Positions 16,070 through 26,024 of a stretch of DNA of 64,000 nt are shown here, in pieces. The notes beneath the pieces were generated by a model that ran no database searches, was not told where the DNA came from, and saw nothing but the letters and a program-made list of their open reading frames with translations. Within the stretch, counting starts at the first letter, position 1; the number at the start of each line of letters is the position of its first letter. Location: IMG/VR virus record IMGVR_UViG_3300005533_000226, positions 841 through 64,840 of that record; one strand, given 5' to 3'. The DNA comes from a virus. Its lineage: Duplodnaviria > Caudoviricetes. Made by a program: the position numbers and the translations under genes.

Positions 16070-17427
16070 AGAATCCGCGAGCTGAAAAGGCGCTTCTTGG
16101 TCTATTGATCAAGACGCCGGGAGAGATTGCGAAAGTGAACGCGATCCTTCAGCCACATCATTTCGATGACAAGCTTCACGCTGAAATCTATTCGGCGATC
16201 AATGATCTTTGGGAGAAAAACGGCGCGGTGTCTCTGACGCTTCTGGCCTCACGTCTTCCTCTTGAAGACGAAGAAGGCGCCAGCGTTTCGACTTATCTGG
16301 CTGTTCTTTTCAAGAACGCGGAGGCCGGTGGATCGGTGACGGCGTTCGCCGATGAGATTCTTTCAGAGTGGACTCGCCGTCAGCTCGACGCCGTTGGCGA
16401 TTGGGCGATCAAGGCGGCGGCCTCAGCGAAGATTTCCGCCGCTGATGCGCTCGCGCGCATCGAGGAACGTGTGCGTGATATTGCGCGTGGCTCTGATGTG
16501 GTCCGCGAGAAGCCGATGAGCGACATCGCGGCTCGCGTTATTGAGCGTGCTGCCGATGCCTATAAGGTGGAAAGCCCGCCCGGCATTGAGACTGGCATCC
16601 CGGCGCTCGATGAGATTGTTGGCCGGATCATGCCCGGCGATCTTGTGTTCATTGGTGCCAGTCAGGGCGATAGCAAGACATCGTTGCTGACGCAGATTCT
16701 TGAACACAATGCGAAGCCTAAAAACGTTGATGGCGTCGAGAAGCCCGGCTTGCCGTGTCTGATGTTTCAGCAAGAGATGGGCGACGAAGATGTGGCCCGG
16801 CGGTTGTTTGCGGCTCGCACTCAGATTTCGGTTGCTAAGATTGAAGAAGGCGATTTCCAACCGGCTGAGTTTGATCGCCTTTGCGCGGCACAGGATGAGT
16901 TGGCGAAGCTGAATCTTTCGATCATTGATCAGCCTCGTATGCGTGTTTCGCAAATTCGCTCGCGCGCGCTTTCGATGAAGCGTTCACGCGGGCTTGCCGT
17001 TGTCGGCATCGACCATCTGCGCCTGATCCAAGCCGATAGCCGGACATCGGATATTTTCGAGCGCATCGAATACGTGACCGGCTCTTTGAAATCTCTTGCC
17101 AAAGAACTGCACGCGCCCGTGATCGTGTTGGCGCAGCGCACGCGCTCATCTCAGGATCGCGATGATCCTGAGCCTCGTATTTCAGATTTATTCGGCGGCG
17201 GCTCGATTGAGCAAGATGCCGACATAGTGATTGGTCTTTGGCGCCGGGATATTTGGTTGCGCCAGCGTGAGCCGCACAGCGCCGCAAGTCGCGGTGAATG
17301 GGAGGTCGATCTTGCCAAGTGGCGCGACAAGGTTGGCGCTGTTTGCCTGAAGCGTCGGCGCGGCCCGGCTATGGGCAAGACTCGATTGAAATGGAATGGC
17401 GAGGCAACACGTTTCGAGGGAGAGTGA
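16066..17427 (+). CDS. DnaB-like replicative helicase
   Basis: DnaB N-terminal domain, GASQGDSKT, IDHLRLI, LKSLAKEL, SIEQDAD. Confidence 0.92.
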   Translation: MKNPRAEKALLGLLIKTPGEIAKVNAILQPHHFDDKLHAEIYSAINDLWEKNGAVSLTLLASRLPLEDEEGASVSTYLAVLFKNAEAGGSVTAFADEILSEWTRRQLDAVGDWAIKAAASAKISAADALARIEERVRDIARGSDVVREKPMSDIAARVIERAADAYKVESPPGIETGIPALDEIVGRIMPGDLVFIGASQGDSKTSLLTQILEHNAKPKNVDGVEKPGLPCLMFQQEMGDEDVARRLFAARTQISVAKIEEGDFQPAEFDRLCAAQDELAKLNLSIIDQPRMRVSQIRSRALSMKRSRGLAVVGIDHLRLIQADSRTSDIFERIEYVTGSLKSLAKELHAPVIVLAQRTRSSQDRDDPEPRISDLFGGGSIEQDADIVIGLWRRDIWLRQREPHSAASRGEWEVDLAKWRDKVGAVCLKRRRGPAMGKTRLKWNGEATRFEGE

Positions 17428-17429
17428 AC

Positions 17430-18125
17430 ATGGTGAAGCGGCTGAAGCTGAAGAAGGCGAAGGCGAAAAAGCGTTCCACTCATCCCCGCACGCAGGCTGA
17501 GATGACAGCCGCATATGACGCGCGGAAAAACCACGGCGCGATCACCGACAACACGCCGGTCGCTCCCATCGAAATCGTTGACCCGCACGGAACGAATCCG
17601 GGTGATAAGATTGTCACCTTCAGGTCGCTGCGTAGCGATCCGATTGCCTCGATCCACGCGCGCGGCAGCATCACCGACATCCAATACGATGCCGCGCGCC
17701 GGTATCAGCGGCTTTACGAGCTGACGCAGATTGGGATGGTGCAGGCGATTGACCCGGCGAAGCCAGCCGTCGATGGCGGCCGTTTTTCGGATGGCAATAC
17801 GGACGCGCGGATGCGCGCCGCCGATACGCTCGCGGCTATCAACAAGGAGCTAGGATGGTCGGCGGCGTGGTTATTCGACATCCTCGTGGCGGAGATGACG
17901 CTGCGCGATGCGTGCGCCAAGCGCGGCATGTTCAGCAAGCAGGAACAGATAGGCGCCACGCTGATCCTTACCGAAGCCCTCAGCAGCGTTGCCGTCGAAT
18001 TGGGGCTGATGACGGCGCCGGATGTGCCCGTTATCCCGCCGGACGCCAGTGAGAAGCCGCAGGCGCCTAAAACGCCCGCAAAACAGGTCGTTTCCGCCGA
18101 GCGGATGCACCCCTTTCACCCCTAA
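17430..18125 (+). CDS. Putative late transcriptional regulator
   Basis: Last gene of the replication operon; RGSITDIQYDAARRY motif typical of alphaproteobacterial phage late regulators. Confidence 0.6.
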   Translation: MVKRLKLKKAKAKKRSTHPRTQAEMTAAYDARKNHGAITDNTPVAPIEIVDPHGTNPGDKIVTFRSLRSDPIASIHARGSITDIQYDAARRYQRLYELTQIGMVQAIDPAKPAVDGGRFSDGNTDARMRAADTLAAINKELGWSAAWLFDILVAEMTLRDACAKRGMFSKQEQIGATLILTEALSSVAVELGLMTAPDVPVIPPDASEKPQAPKTPAKQVVSAERMHPFHP

Positions 18126-18205
18126 TAGGGGGTCGGAAGAAAGGCACCCCCTACCCCTTGACGGCAGGTAACTTTGCATGTATAAATTGGGCTATGGCAG
18201 GAATT

Positions 18206-18233
18206 GCGCCCGGCACAGCGACCGGGCGCTTTT
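18206..18233 (+). terminator. Rho-independent terminator
   Basis: GCGCCCGG...CCGGGCGC followed by TTTT. Confidence 0.55.
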
Positions 18234-18332
18234 GATTCTGGGCACGCAGGCCCGGCGCGGCGTTCGCCAACTGCGCAAGGCGATACCGGCGACAGAATGC
18301 CGGGGCCGCAACAATTCTCGACAGGATCAGCA

Positions 18333-18575
18333 ATGAAATACGTTGGCGATAACGCGCCAGCGCCGTCACGATTGACGGTGCCGGTCTCGATTGATTTCGC
18401 CTGCGATTGCAAAAATCGCATCACCGCGAATTTCAAACTGCTTCCTGAAATGACGCTCCCCATGATCGTGAAATGCGGGATGTGTGATCGCCGTTATGAG
18501 CATTCGGTTGACGGCAAGACGATCAAACCGATGCCAAGCAACAGACTCATCGGAGTGCGTAAGAGGTCTTTCTGA
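18333..18575 (+). CDS. Small zinc-ribbon protein
   Basis: CDC...CGMC. Confidence 0.55.
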   Translation: MKYVGDNAPAPSRLTVPVSIDFACDCKNRITANFKLLPEMTLPMIVKCGMCDRRYEHSVDGKTIKPMPSNRLIGVRKRSF

Positions 18576-18817
18576 TGCCGCTCGCCATTCGCGAAAAAGA
18601 ATTGGGCGGCGAATATCTAACCGACGATGAGCTGGCGCGCTTACCCGAATTGTTCAAGCACATCGTTTTTCACGGCCGCACTCATCAGAATTTGATGAAG
18701 GCGCCCGTGGTCGATTTCAACGAATATAAAAAATCGAAGGCGCGCGTGCGCGAGCTGGCGGCTGCCGCGCAAAAGCAATATGCGCCGAATTGGTTGGATG
18801 GTCCGCAGCACGCATAA
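18575..18817 (+). CDS. Hypothetical protein
   Basis: TGATG coupling. Confidence 0.55.
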   Translation: MPLAIREKELGGEYLTDDELARLPELFKHIVFHGRTHQNLMKAPVVDFNEYKKSKARVRELAAAAQKQYAPNWLDGPQHA

Positions 18818-19142
18818 CGAAAAAAGACGGGCGAAAAGTCCGCGCTAAGGAATCTGCATGAGCGTCGAAACATTGCTGGCGTGCGCAGCGTGGAATGACC
18901 GCGCCGCGATCCGCGCTCAGCAGAAAAAAGATTTACGGTCGAGCGAGCGCCACGTTGAGAATGCAAGGCGGCTTCGCGCTCAGGCTGATGAGGCTCGCGA
19001 TGCTTCGCAGGATTGATCGGTTTGTTTTCTTTTATCGCTTATGGCGCCGCTGCAAGAACAGCCGGGCGACAAGCGCAAGGATGGCTTGGTTAGCTTTTTG
19101 AACGTGCGTACTCCCAGCAACCCCGAAACCCACAGGTCATCC

Positions 19143-19373
19143 ATGTTTGGATTCTTCCGGCCGAAGACCGCCGACGAAATCGTTGGCAAGCATATCGCGA
19201 AATTGTCCAGCAAGCTTCAGCGCCATGGCGAACGCCATGCTGCGCTCGCTGAGAGACACGATGAGCGCGCGACGAAGCATCGCAAGCGCGCCACCGCCGC
19301 CGAAAAGAACGCGGCGAAGAATGCCGAAATGGCGCGGTCGCTGTCTTCGCTTCTGCCGGAAGCCCACAAGTGA
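19143..19373 (+). CDS. Hypothetical helical protein
   Basis: Coupled to the MazG-like gene. Confidence 0.55.
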   Translation: MFGFFRPKTADEIVGKHIAKLSSKLQRHGERHAALAERHDERATKHRKRATAAEKNAAKNAEMARSLSSLLPEAHK

Positions 19374-19702
19374 GCGACGGCATCCTTGAGAAGCTTCGCG
19401 CCGCCAACATCGTTCGCGATCCTGAATTTGATCCTGATGGCTTGATCACTCCTTCGTTTCGCGGAAACGAGTTGGCTGGCGAAGCAGGCGAAGCCTGCAA
19501 TGTGATCAAGAAGCTTGAGCGCGACCGGCTCAATTTGCGTGGTTCGCGCGCGACCATCGACCAGCTCGCGGAAGAATTGGGCGACGTAATTATTTGCGTT
19601 GACCTGATCGCGATGGAATACGGAATCGACCTTGCGAAAGCGGTGAGGGAAAAATTCAACAAGACATCCGCGAAGCTTGGGTTGGCACCTCGCATTGACT
19701 GA
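19370..19702 (+). CDS. MazG-like nucleotide pyrophosphohydrolase
   Basis: ELAGEAGEACNVIKK...EELGDV...KFN. Confidence 0.85.
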   Translation: MSDGILEKLRAANIVRDPEFDPDGLITPSFRGNELAGEAGEACNVIKKLERDRLNLRGSRATIDQLAEELGDVIICVDLIAMEYGIDLAKAVREKFNKTSAKLGLAPRID

Positions 19703-19851
19703 ATTCGATGCTCGCGATCTTGCGAGCGTCAAACGAAAATCGAAGCGTTTGAGTCCGAGTCCGACAAGCATCTCAGTCAAGGCCCGCTGAACGGGCCAGT
19801 TCTGATCAGGGATTGCGGGACCGCGCTTCGATCTTCTTTTCCACCGGGGGA

Positions 19852-20265
19852 ATGATGCGTAAGGCAATCATCATCGGCAGCAGCTTAATTGTCATGGCCG
19901 GTGGAACCATGCTCACGCAGCTCGCGGATTCTGAACCTGCAAAGGTTATCGCGACGCCAGCGAAGCGCATCGAGATTACATCGTGCAAGACCACGCGCTT
20001 TGATCTTCAGCGCGAGTTGCCGCAGGTGATTCTCCCCGGCGACAAAATCATCATCCTGAATCGCGATGAGCTGCACACCTACGTCGAGGCGGCGGATTCT
20101 GTTCAGCGCGCGCCGTTGGCGACATCGGGTGCCGTTCTAGTGCGGCCCAGCAAACCTATCGCGGCCGTGCTTGTGCGCTTCGCTGGTGATTGCGTTCTCG
20201 ATCTAGTGCGCGTGCCGTGGAATGAGCATGTGCTGGCGATTGGCGCCGCTAAGCCAGAAGCGTGA
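19852..20265 (+). CDS. Hypothetical exported protein
   Basis: N-terminal signal or TM helix. Confidence 0.55.
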   Translation: MMRKAIIIGSSLIVMAGGTMLTQLADSEPAKVIATPAKRIEITSCKTTRFDLQRELPQVILPGDKIIILNRDELHTYVEAADSVQRAPLATSGAVLVRPSKPIAAVLVRFAGDCVLDLVRVPWNEHVLAIGAAKPEA

Positions 20266-20603
20266 TGCCTCGTACTACGCCCGGCTCGCGCAAGTCGCAG
20301 ATGCCCCACCAAGATATTTTCGCGGATATGCGCAAGCTTGATTTGCGCACCGGCGATTTCGTTGTGATCGAGACGAAGCGCGCACTGTCATGGCACGAGC
20401 GCGAGCGCGCTCAAGACCTGTTCCGGCAGGTGGCGTTGAGCATGGGCGTCAGGGTCACGCTCTTGATCATGGATCAAGACGACAAGTTGAAGGTCTTGCG
20501 GCCTGAGCGCCATCCCGAATTTGAGGATCATGTGCGCCGTGTCGCTGTACCGGCCGCGCTCGATGCCGTGAAGAAAGTGGAAAATCTTTCGGTGCGCAAA
20601 TGA
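20262..20603 (+). CDS. Hypothetical protein
   Basis: Coupled ORF. Confidence 0.55.
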   Translation: MMPRTTPGSRKSQMPHQDIFADMRKLDLRTGDFVVIETKRALSWHERERAQDLFRQVALSMGVRVTLLIMDQDDKLKVLRPERHPEFEDHVRRVAVPAALDAVKKVENLSVRK

Positions 20604-20836
20604 ATGGATGGATCATCGCTCGCGCGTGCGCTGGTGGCGTTTCAGAATTTTGGTGTGGCCGCGCCTACGGAAACAACAAGATGGCCGCCGTCAGGTTTTT
20701 GCGCGAGCAAGATGCGCGGCAGGTCATCGAATGTTTGCTTGGCAGTTCGCATTACACCGTCAAGCTTGAACAATGTCGCTCATCCGGTGGCAACTGGACT
20801 CCTTGGGGCCTGATGCCGTCCGAAACGGGATGTTGA
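20600..20836 (+). CDS. Hypothetical protein
   Basis: Coupled ORF. Confidence 0.5.
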   Translation: MNGWIIARACAGGVSEFWCGRAYGNNKMAAVRFLREQDARQVIECLLGSSHYTVKLEQCRSSGGNWTPWGLMPSETGC

Positions 20837-20838
20837 AA

Positions 20839-21000
20839 ATGAAATCTGTTATCCGGTTGATGTGGATGATCGCTGACGGCGATCTAGCCGACATTCGCAC
20901 GCGCGACCGCGCGTATGAAATCGCGCAGAATTGCGATCCCGGTATGTTTGAGCGCGACCGCGAAAAGCTATTCTCCGGTCTATTCCGCAACGGCAGATAA
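20839..21000 (+). CDS. Hypothetical protein
   Basis: Fits the operon spacing. Confidence 0.45.
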   Translation: MKSVIRLMWMIADGDLADIRTRDRAYEIAQNCDPGMFERDREKLFSGLFRNGR

Positions 21001-21002
21001 CT

Positions 21003-21290
21003 ATGTTTTGTGCGGGTCAAGTAAGCGTCCCGCGTATTCGTTTCGATGAGCCGAAGGGTAACGAGCTGTTCATCGACGAAATCAGAAAAGCTGGTCTCAC
21101 TGTCCGCGTCTTCTTCAAGGACATCGAGATTGAACAGCGTTGGCTCGTGTTCGCCGACGCTGAGGCCGGATACATCGAGCGTCTTGTGCCGGGCTATTGC
21201 CCGATACAAGGACAGCTCCCTGCAAGAAAAATGTTTGGCAAGGTGGTGATCGCTGTCGCCGGACCAATTCCAAGTAGGTGCGCAGCATGA
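21003..21290 (+). CDS. Hypothetical protein
   Basis: Fits the operon spacing. Confidence 0.5.
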   Translation: MFCAGQVSVPRIRFDEPKGNELFIDEIRKAGLTVRVFFKDIEIEQRWLVFADAEAGYIERLVPGYCPIQGQLPARKMFGKVVIAVAGPIPSRCAA

Positions 21291-21565
21291 AACCGATCAT
21301 GGCCAAGGGTTGCAACGTTGTGCTTGCGTCGCCGGAAGATTGGATTGGCCGCGATCACGGGCATGACAATTTGCCGGTCACTTATCAAGACGGCAAGTAT
21401 TTTTCGCTTTGGCAGCCAAGCACTGAGGAATTGCTGGCGATGTTCGCTGGCGCTCCCGTGCTTTTGCAGTTGGACGGTGACTCGCATCCGCCAGCGTGGG
21501 TCTCGATTGGTGAGAAGCCATCGCTTGCTGAACAGCGCAAGGCTCACGTCCATGGGCGCGGCTAA
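21287..21565 (+). CDS. Conserved phage hypothetical protein
   Basis: LASPEDW...LPV...SLWQPSTEEL...HPP. Confidence 0.6.
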   Translation: MKPIMAKGCNVVLASPEDWIGRDHGHDNLPVTYQDGKYFSLWQPSTEELLAMFAGAPVLLQLDGDSHPPAWVSIGEKPSLAEQRKAHVHGRG

Positions 21566-21887
21566 ACCAAGATTGGTGTCGGCACCCGGAAGGGTCGCGA
21601 CTCTTGATACCCGAAAGGTCAGGAACGCAGAGACCGGCACCAACCCGTTTTATCTCACGGTCGAATGGCGTTCGCTTGTTAAGCATCTGATCAAGGTGCG
21701 CGGCTATCGCTGCGAAGACCCGAAATGCAAATACCCTGATCGCAAGCCAACGCGCTTATTCGGCGATCACATTGTTGAGCTGGCTGACGGCGGCGCGAAG
21801 CTTGATCCCGAAAACGTAATGCTGCGTTGTGGCTCGTGTCACACGCGCAAGACGAATGAAGAACGCGCGAAGCGCATGGCCCGATAG
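21552..21887 (+). CDS. HNH endonuclease, terminase-associated (HK97 gp74-like)
   Basis: FYLTVEWR...CEDPKC...DHIVELADGG...NVMLRCGSCHTRKT. Confidence 0.85.
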   Translation: MGAAKPRLVSAPGRVATLDTRKVRNAETGTNPFYLTVEWRSLVKHLIKVRGYRCEDPKCKYPDRKPTRLFGDHIVELADGGAKLDPENVMLRCGSCHTRKTNEERAKRMAR

Positions 21888-21899
21888 GAAAATAAAAAA

Positions 21900-22133
21900 A
21901 TGCACTACAAGAACGGCCGCCCGGCAAAGATTGGTGACAAGGTGGTGCTGATCCCGCAATACGGATCGCCCGTCATCGGCATTCTATACGATGCCGTGGA
22001 AGGAAATGATTACTGCAACGGGCGCATCGCTCCGATTGCTCCGAACGATCCTTCGCCGAATTTGAAGGAGTGCTTGCATCTCGACGATCTTCTGAAGGCG
22101 CTTCCTGAAGACGTGCCCGACTCGTCGAGATGA
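21900..22133 (+). CDS. Conserved hypothetical protein
   Basis: MHYKNGRPAK...NDYCNG...ECLHLDD. Confidence 0.6.
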   Translation: MHYKNGRPAKIGDKVVLIPQYGSPVIGILYDAVEGNDYCNGRIAPIAPNDPSPNLKECLHLDDLLKALPEDVPDSSR

Positions 22134-22436
22134 GCCTGCTGATCATTCCGCTTTGGTTTGGGCGGCTTCACATCAAGCATAATCGCTTTTCGCTGTTTTC
22201 TGAGCGCAACGGTTTCGTTCCATCGTTCGCGCTGTTCGGCGTTCGCTTTACGTGGCGCCGGTATGGATCGCTTCTCTAAAGTTTGAGGCCACAAGTAAGA
22301 ATGAGGTCCGACAAAGCCTGCGCTGTCCGCAAGACTAATGTGCAGGTGTCAAATCGGGCGCCGTTTGCGGCGGAATCCGGCGGTGGGCAAACCCGCTGGT
22401 CTCTTGTGGTCTCGATCCTTTTCACACGGAGTCCAC

Positions 22437-23045
22437 TTGAGCATCGCTGATCGCCTCATTGAAATCGCTATGGTGATTGTTCTGATCATCGGCGGTTATC
22501 AATTCTATTTTTGGGCGCAGCGTCAACGCTGGTATGAGGCGCGCTTTCTCGAAACGCGCTTTGACTCCATGATCAGTTATGACCCGCGCTGGGTGTGGGT
22601 TTACAGCGGCCTATATTACCCGATGATCGTGATTGCGGCGTTGTCGCTGCCGACTTGGGATGAATTTGCGAAGGCCACCGGCTGCTTCCTTCTGTTACTC
22701 GCGGTTCAGGTTTGTTTCTTCTTGTATGCGCCCGTCGAAATTCCCGTGCATTGGCGCGCGAATGCACGCGGCCCATGGGAGGGCACGCGGTCGCAACGCT
22801 TCATCGACGTTGTTTGGAGCTATGACAAGCTTCGCAATTCGATGCCGTCGATGCACGTCAGCGTCGCGACGATGACTGATCTAACGATTTGGTGGAATTG
22901 GCCGACGATTGGTCATGTTGGAATTCTGTTTCCGATTCTCATTGCGATCAGCGCGTTGAAGACCAAACAGCACTACGTTGTGGACGTGGTGCCCGGCGCG
23001 GCGCTCGGCGCGTTCGTATTTTGGGTTTGGCATTTGATGATTTGA
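22437..23045 (+). CDS. PAP2-superfamily integral membrane phosphatase/phosphotransferase
   Basis: Several TM helices; NSMPSMHV and KQHYVVDV catalytic motifs; start approximate. Confidence 0.8.
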   Translation: MSIADRLIEIAMVIVLIIGGYQFYFWAQRQRWYEARFLETRFDSMISYDPRWVWVYSGLYYPMIVIAALSLPTWDEFAKATGCFLLLLAVQVCFFLYAPVEIPVHWRANARGPWEGTRSQRFIDVVWSYDKLRNSMPSMHVSVATMTDLTIWWNWPTIGHVGILFPILIAISALKTKQHYVVDVVPGAALGAFVFWVWHLMI

Positions 23046-23087
23046 AGACCGCGCGGAATAGGCCGCGCTTATCGGAGCAACCCAGCC

Positions 23088-23468
23088 ATGAAACGCCTGA
23101 TGCTCGCGGCGCTCGCCGCGCTCGCACTCATTTTGTCCGCTTCTCTGCAAGGCCCGCGCGCCGATGATCTTCCCGGCGCCGGATGTGTCCCGGCGGAGAA
23201 GGTGAATGTCGCGATGGCGAACAATCCCGACACCGCTGGCAAGTATGAGCTGACGGCAGCTCAGGTTCAGCTCATCTTGGCCGACAAGGCCACGTATGGC
23301 GATCACATCGACGATCCGTCTTGGACCTACGGCATCGCCTTCTATTCGACCGCCGGTTGGGGCAAGGTCTTCTTGGGCACGCGCGACAACTACTGTCTCG
23401 TGATGGACCTAACGCCGGATGCGTGGATCGCGTTTCAGAATCGCGTCGGCGTCGGCGTCTCGTCCTGA
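23088..23468 (+). CDS. Exported hypothetical protein
   Basis: Signal peptide MKRLMLAALAALAL. Confidence 0.65.
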   Translation: MKRLMLAALAALALILSASLQGPRADDLPGAGCVPAEKVNVAMANNPDTAGKYELTAAQVQLILADKATYGDHIDDPSWTYGIAFYSTAGWGKVFLGTRDNYCLVMDLTPDAWIAFQNRVGVGVSS

Positions 23469-23740
23469 TGTTCAACATTTCAAAGGCGCTGATGGCAGCG
23501 AAATCGCTGCCAGCGCGCGTCACTCAGGCTCTTGTCCGCAAGGCCACTGAGGTACGTTCGCCGAAGGCGGAAAACGTCTTGGCGAGCCGTCACATCTATT
23601 ACGCCAAGCTGGCAGCGCGCCAATACGCGCCAGCGCATCGCGCACGCTCGAAATACACGCCTCATCAGGGCGAGCGCGAGAAGGCGCGGCGTCGCGGTCA
23701 AGCGCCGGTAGCGCCGGACGGGCGCGTGGTGCTCGGATGA
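23468..23740 (+). CDS. Hypothetical protein
   Basis: RSKYTPHQGERE motif. Confidence 0.55.
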   Translation: MFNISKALMAAKSLPARVTQALVRKATEVRSPKAENVLASRHIYYAKLAARQYAPAHRARSKYTPHQGEREKARRRGQAPVAPDGRVVLG

Positions 23741-23831
23741 GCGTCATCCTGTTCATCATCGCCATCGTTTGCTTTTGCGAGGGGCATTGGTGGTGGGCCG
23801 CGTTTTGGTTCTTCCTCACCGCGATGTGCTT

Positions 23832-24065
23832 ATGACTCGCGTTCGCTTGATTGACGCCATCGAGGCCAACAAGAATGGGTTGGCCTCCCTCGTGAATGAG
23901 CGCAATCGTCTTGCTGATGAAGGGCGGCGTTTACTCGACAAGGCCGATTGTTTGACGCGCGAAATTCAAGCGCGGAAGCAGATGGCCGACGCGATGCAGC
24001 GCGTGCAAGACATTTACCCGAAAGATGAAACGCTCAGCTTCAATGTGCCTGAGGTGCGAGACTGA
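23832..24065 (+). CDS. Hypothetical coiled-coil protein
   Basis: Fits the operon spacing. Confidence 0.5.
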   Translation: MTRVRLIDAIEANKNGLASLVNERNRLADEGRRLLDKADCLTREIQARKQMADAMQRVQDIYPKDETLSFNVPEVRD

Positions 24066-24544
24066 TATGCGCCAACTCGCGATGATCTTCGCTTTCGGCG
24101 CAGGCTTCGCCGCCGGTGCGCTCCTTGGCGACGTTTGGGGCTTGTTCCTCGGTGTCGCCGGATCGTGGATTTCGGTGGTCCTGTTGGACATCGCGGATCG
24201 GCCTATAGGTGGAAAATGATGCGCTTGGTTGTCATCACAGCGTTGTCGGCGCTTCTCGTTGCGTGCGGCGATGCGCCGGATCGCAGCCGCCCCGGTTGTG
24301 GCGGATCGAATCCGTCAGATAGCTGTTACATCGCGCCGCCATCCGTGATCTTGTGCGCACTGTTCGATCCGAATTGCGGGCACGAGAAGCCCGGCAAGCA
24401 TAAGCGCAAGTGATACCACTGTTCCGCGTCGAGATTCCGCCTGAGCCGCCGACAACGGATCAGCAGGCTTTGGCCGATGGCAGGAAATCACAGATTACCT
24501 TCGCGATTATTTCGCATCGAAACGATGGAAGGCAACGGTGGTCA

Positions 24545-24868
24545 ATGCCAAAACGTGCTGAGGTATATGCGGCGGTTGATAGCGAGCGCGACTATCAGGA
24601 CGCGCAGCGTGGAAATGCAGCTCGCCACCACGGCTATCAGGCCGGAGTCAATCATCCCGCCGAATTCATCGTCTATATGCGCAAATGCCTTCGCGACGCG
24701 GAAGAAGCGATCTATCGCGGCTCAACCGGAATTGAACAGGCATTGCCGTTCATTCGCAAGGTAACGGCGCTTGGTGTGGCCTGCATGGAACAGCACGGCG
24801 CTCCTATGCGCGATGTTCAATCGTTGCATCCATTCATTGATCCAAATGAAAAAATGTCGCCACGCTGA
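24545..24868 (+). CDS. All-alpha NTP-pyrophosphatase-like hypothetical protein
   Basis: VYAAVDSERDYQD...IRKVTALGVACMEQHGAP. Confidence 0.55.
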   Translation: MPKRAEVYAAVDSERDYQDAQRGNAARHHGYQAGVNHPAEFIVYMRKCLRDAEEAIYRGSTGIEQALPFIRKVTALGVACMEQHGAPMRDVQSLHPFIDPNEKMSPR

Positions 24869-25049
24869 CGCTTATCGCGCGATCCGCGCGCCACGCTGCA
24901 ACGGCGGTAAGCCGTGCGACGTGTGCAAGGCCAAATGGAACATCAGAAAGGCGTTGCAAGGCTTGCCCATCGAGCAAGCGCGCCGGGCGCTACGCGCCGC
25001 TGCGATCATTCTCGGAATCGAGTAACACTATGACCGGCGGAGGCTGAAG

Positions 25050-25244
25050 ATGGGTTTGCCCAAGACGATTTACGTGAAGATGGATGGCGATGGCGATGAC
25101 GCCATTCTGATCGCTGATGAGAATGTGGCGCCGTTGCTCGATCCAAGCGACATTGAGGATGGTATCGAGGTCGGCACGTATCAGTTGGTCGAGACCAAGA
25201 ACGCCAAATTTCAGGTAGTCACTGAGCCGGTGAAAGAGACGTGA
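25050..25244 (+). CDS. Small acidic hypothetical protein
   Basis: GGAGG RBS. Confidence 0.55.
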   Translation: MGLPKTIYVKMDGDGDDAILIADENVAPLLDPSDIEDGIEVGTYQLVETKNAKFQVVTEPVKET

Positions 25245-25372
25245 GCGACAACCCATACGCTCGCGAGCTGATCACCGCCAGCAAGTCGCCAGTCACCATA
25301 TGCAGATTGTCACGTAATGACGTTTGAACAGGTAGTCGCTGCTGTCGAGCGTGCTGCCGCTGAGGTGGCATC

Positions 25373-25684
25373 ATGGCCAGAATGGAAGCGCAACGCTTCA
25401 ACAAGGAAGCGCGCACAGTGAGCAAGCATACCCGCCTCAAGATAGTAGCTGTGCTGGCCCTCATCGCCATGGCACCAATTACATTGGCCTATCTGATGCA
25501 AGTCTGCTTGGTGCTGGTATCGGATGGCATCCAATGGTGTGTGGAAGGCAGAGCGTGGACACGCCCATTCGTGCGTGCATCCGAATTGGTCGAGCTGCAC
25601 GTTGCGCGTTGGCTTGGTGTCGATGCCGATACGATGTATGAAGAATGGCGCGAGCATATGCGCCGTCGAGCGGACACCCCCTAG
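25373..25684 (+). CDS. Hypothetical membrane protein
   Basis: Last plus-strand ORF before the candidate cos. Confidence 0.45.
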   Translation: MARMEAQRFNKEARTVSKHTRLKIVAVLALIAMAPITLAYLMQVCLVLVSDGIQWCVEGRAWTRPFVRASELVELHVARWLGVDADTMYEEWREHMRRRADTP

Positions 25685-25755
25685 GGGGGGTCGCATCCTG
25701 AATCATTATGGGAGGCGGCAACCGCGCTGGGCCTCACGCAGGGATTTTTTATTTG
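25677..25755. other. Candidate cos (cohesive-end) region
   Basis: CCCCCTAGGGGGGG run, then AACCGCGCTGGGCCTCACGCAGGGATTTTTT. This layout is typical between the gp74-like HNH and terS in HK97-like phages. Confidence 0.45.
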
Positions 25756-26024
25756 GATTGGCTGACGCCGATCCCGCGCAAATCCTTTCCCTGCTTGGCT
25801 TCGGCAGGTTTTTCCCGTGTGGTCTCGAATGGGCTGCGCAGGCCGGGCGGTAATCCCGGCGTCCACGGGCCGCGCGTCATATGGTTTGAACGCGGCTCGC
25901 CGATTGTCGGCCGCTCGATCCGCCGGTGGCGGAAGGCGATGTCATTCCCGGCCGGTGCGGCGTGCAGCTCATATCGTGATCCCGGCGGCGTGACATCGCG
26001 CCAGTCGATTTCGTGGATTTTCAT
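25749..26024 (-). CDS. Hypothetical protein
   Basis: ATGA-coupled within the inverted island. Confidence 0.45.
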   Translation of the reverse strand: MKIHEIDWRDVTPPGSRYELHAAPAGNDIAFRHRRIERPTIGEPRSNHMTRGPWTPGLPPGLRSPFETTREKPAEAKQGKDLRGIGVSQSK

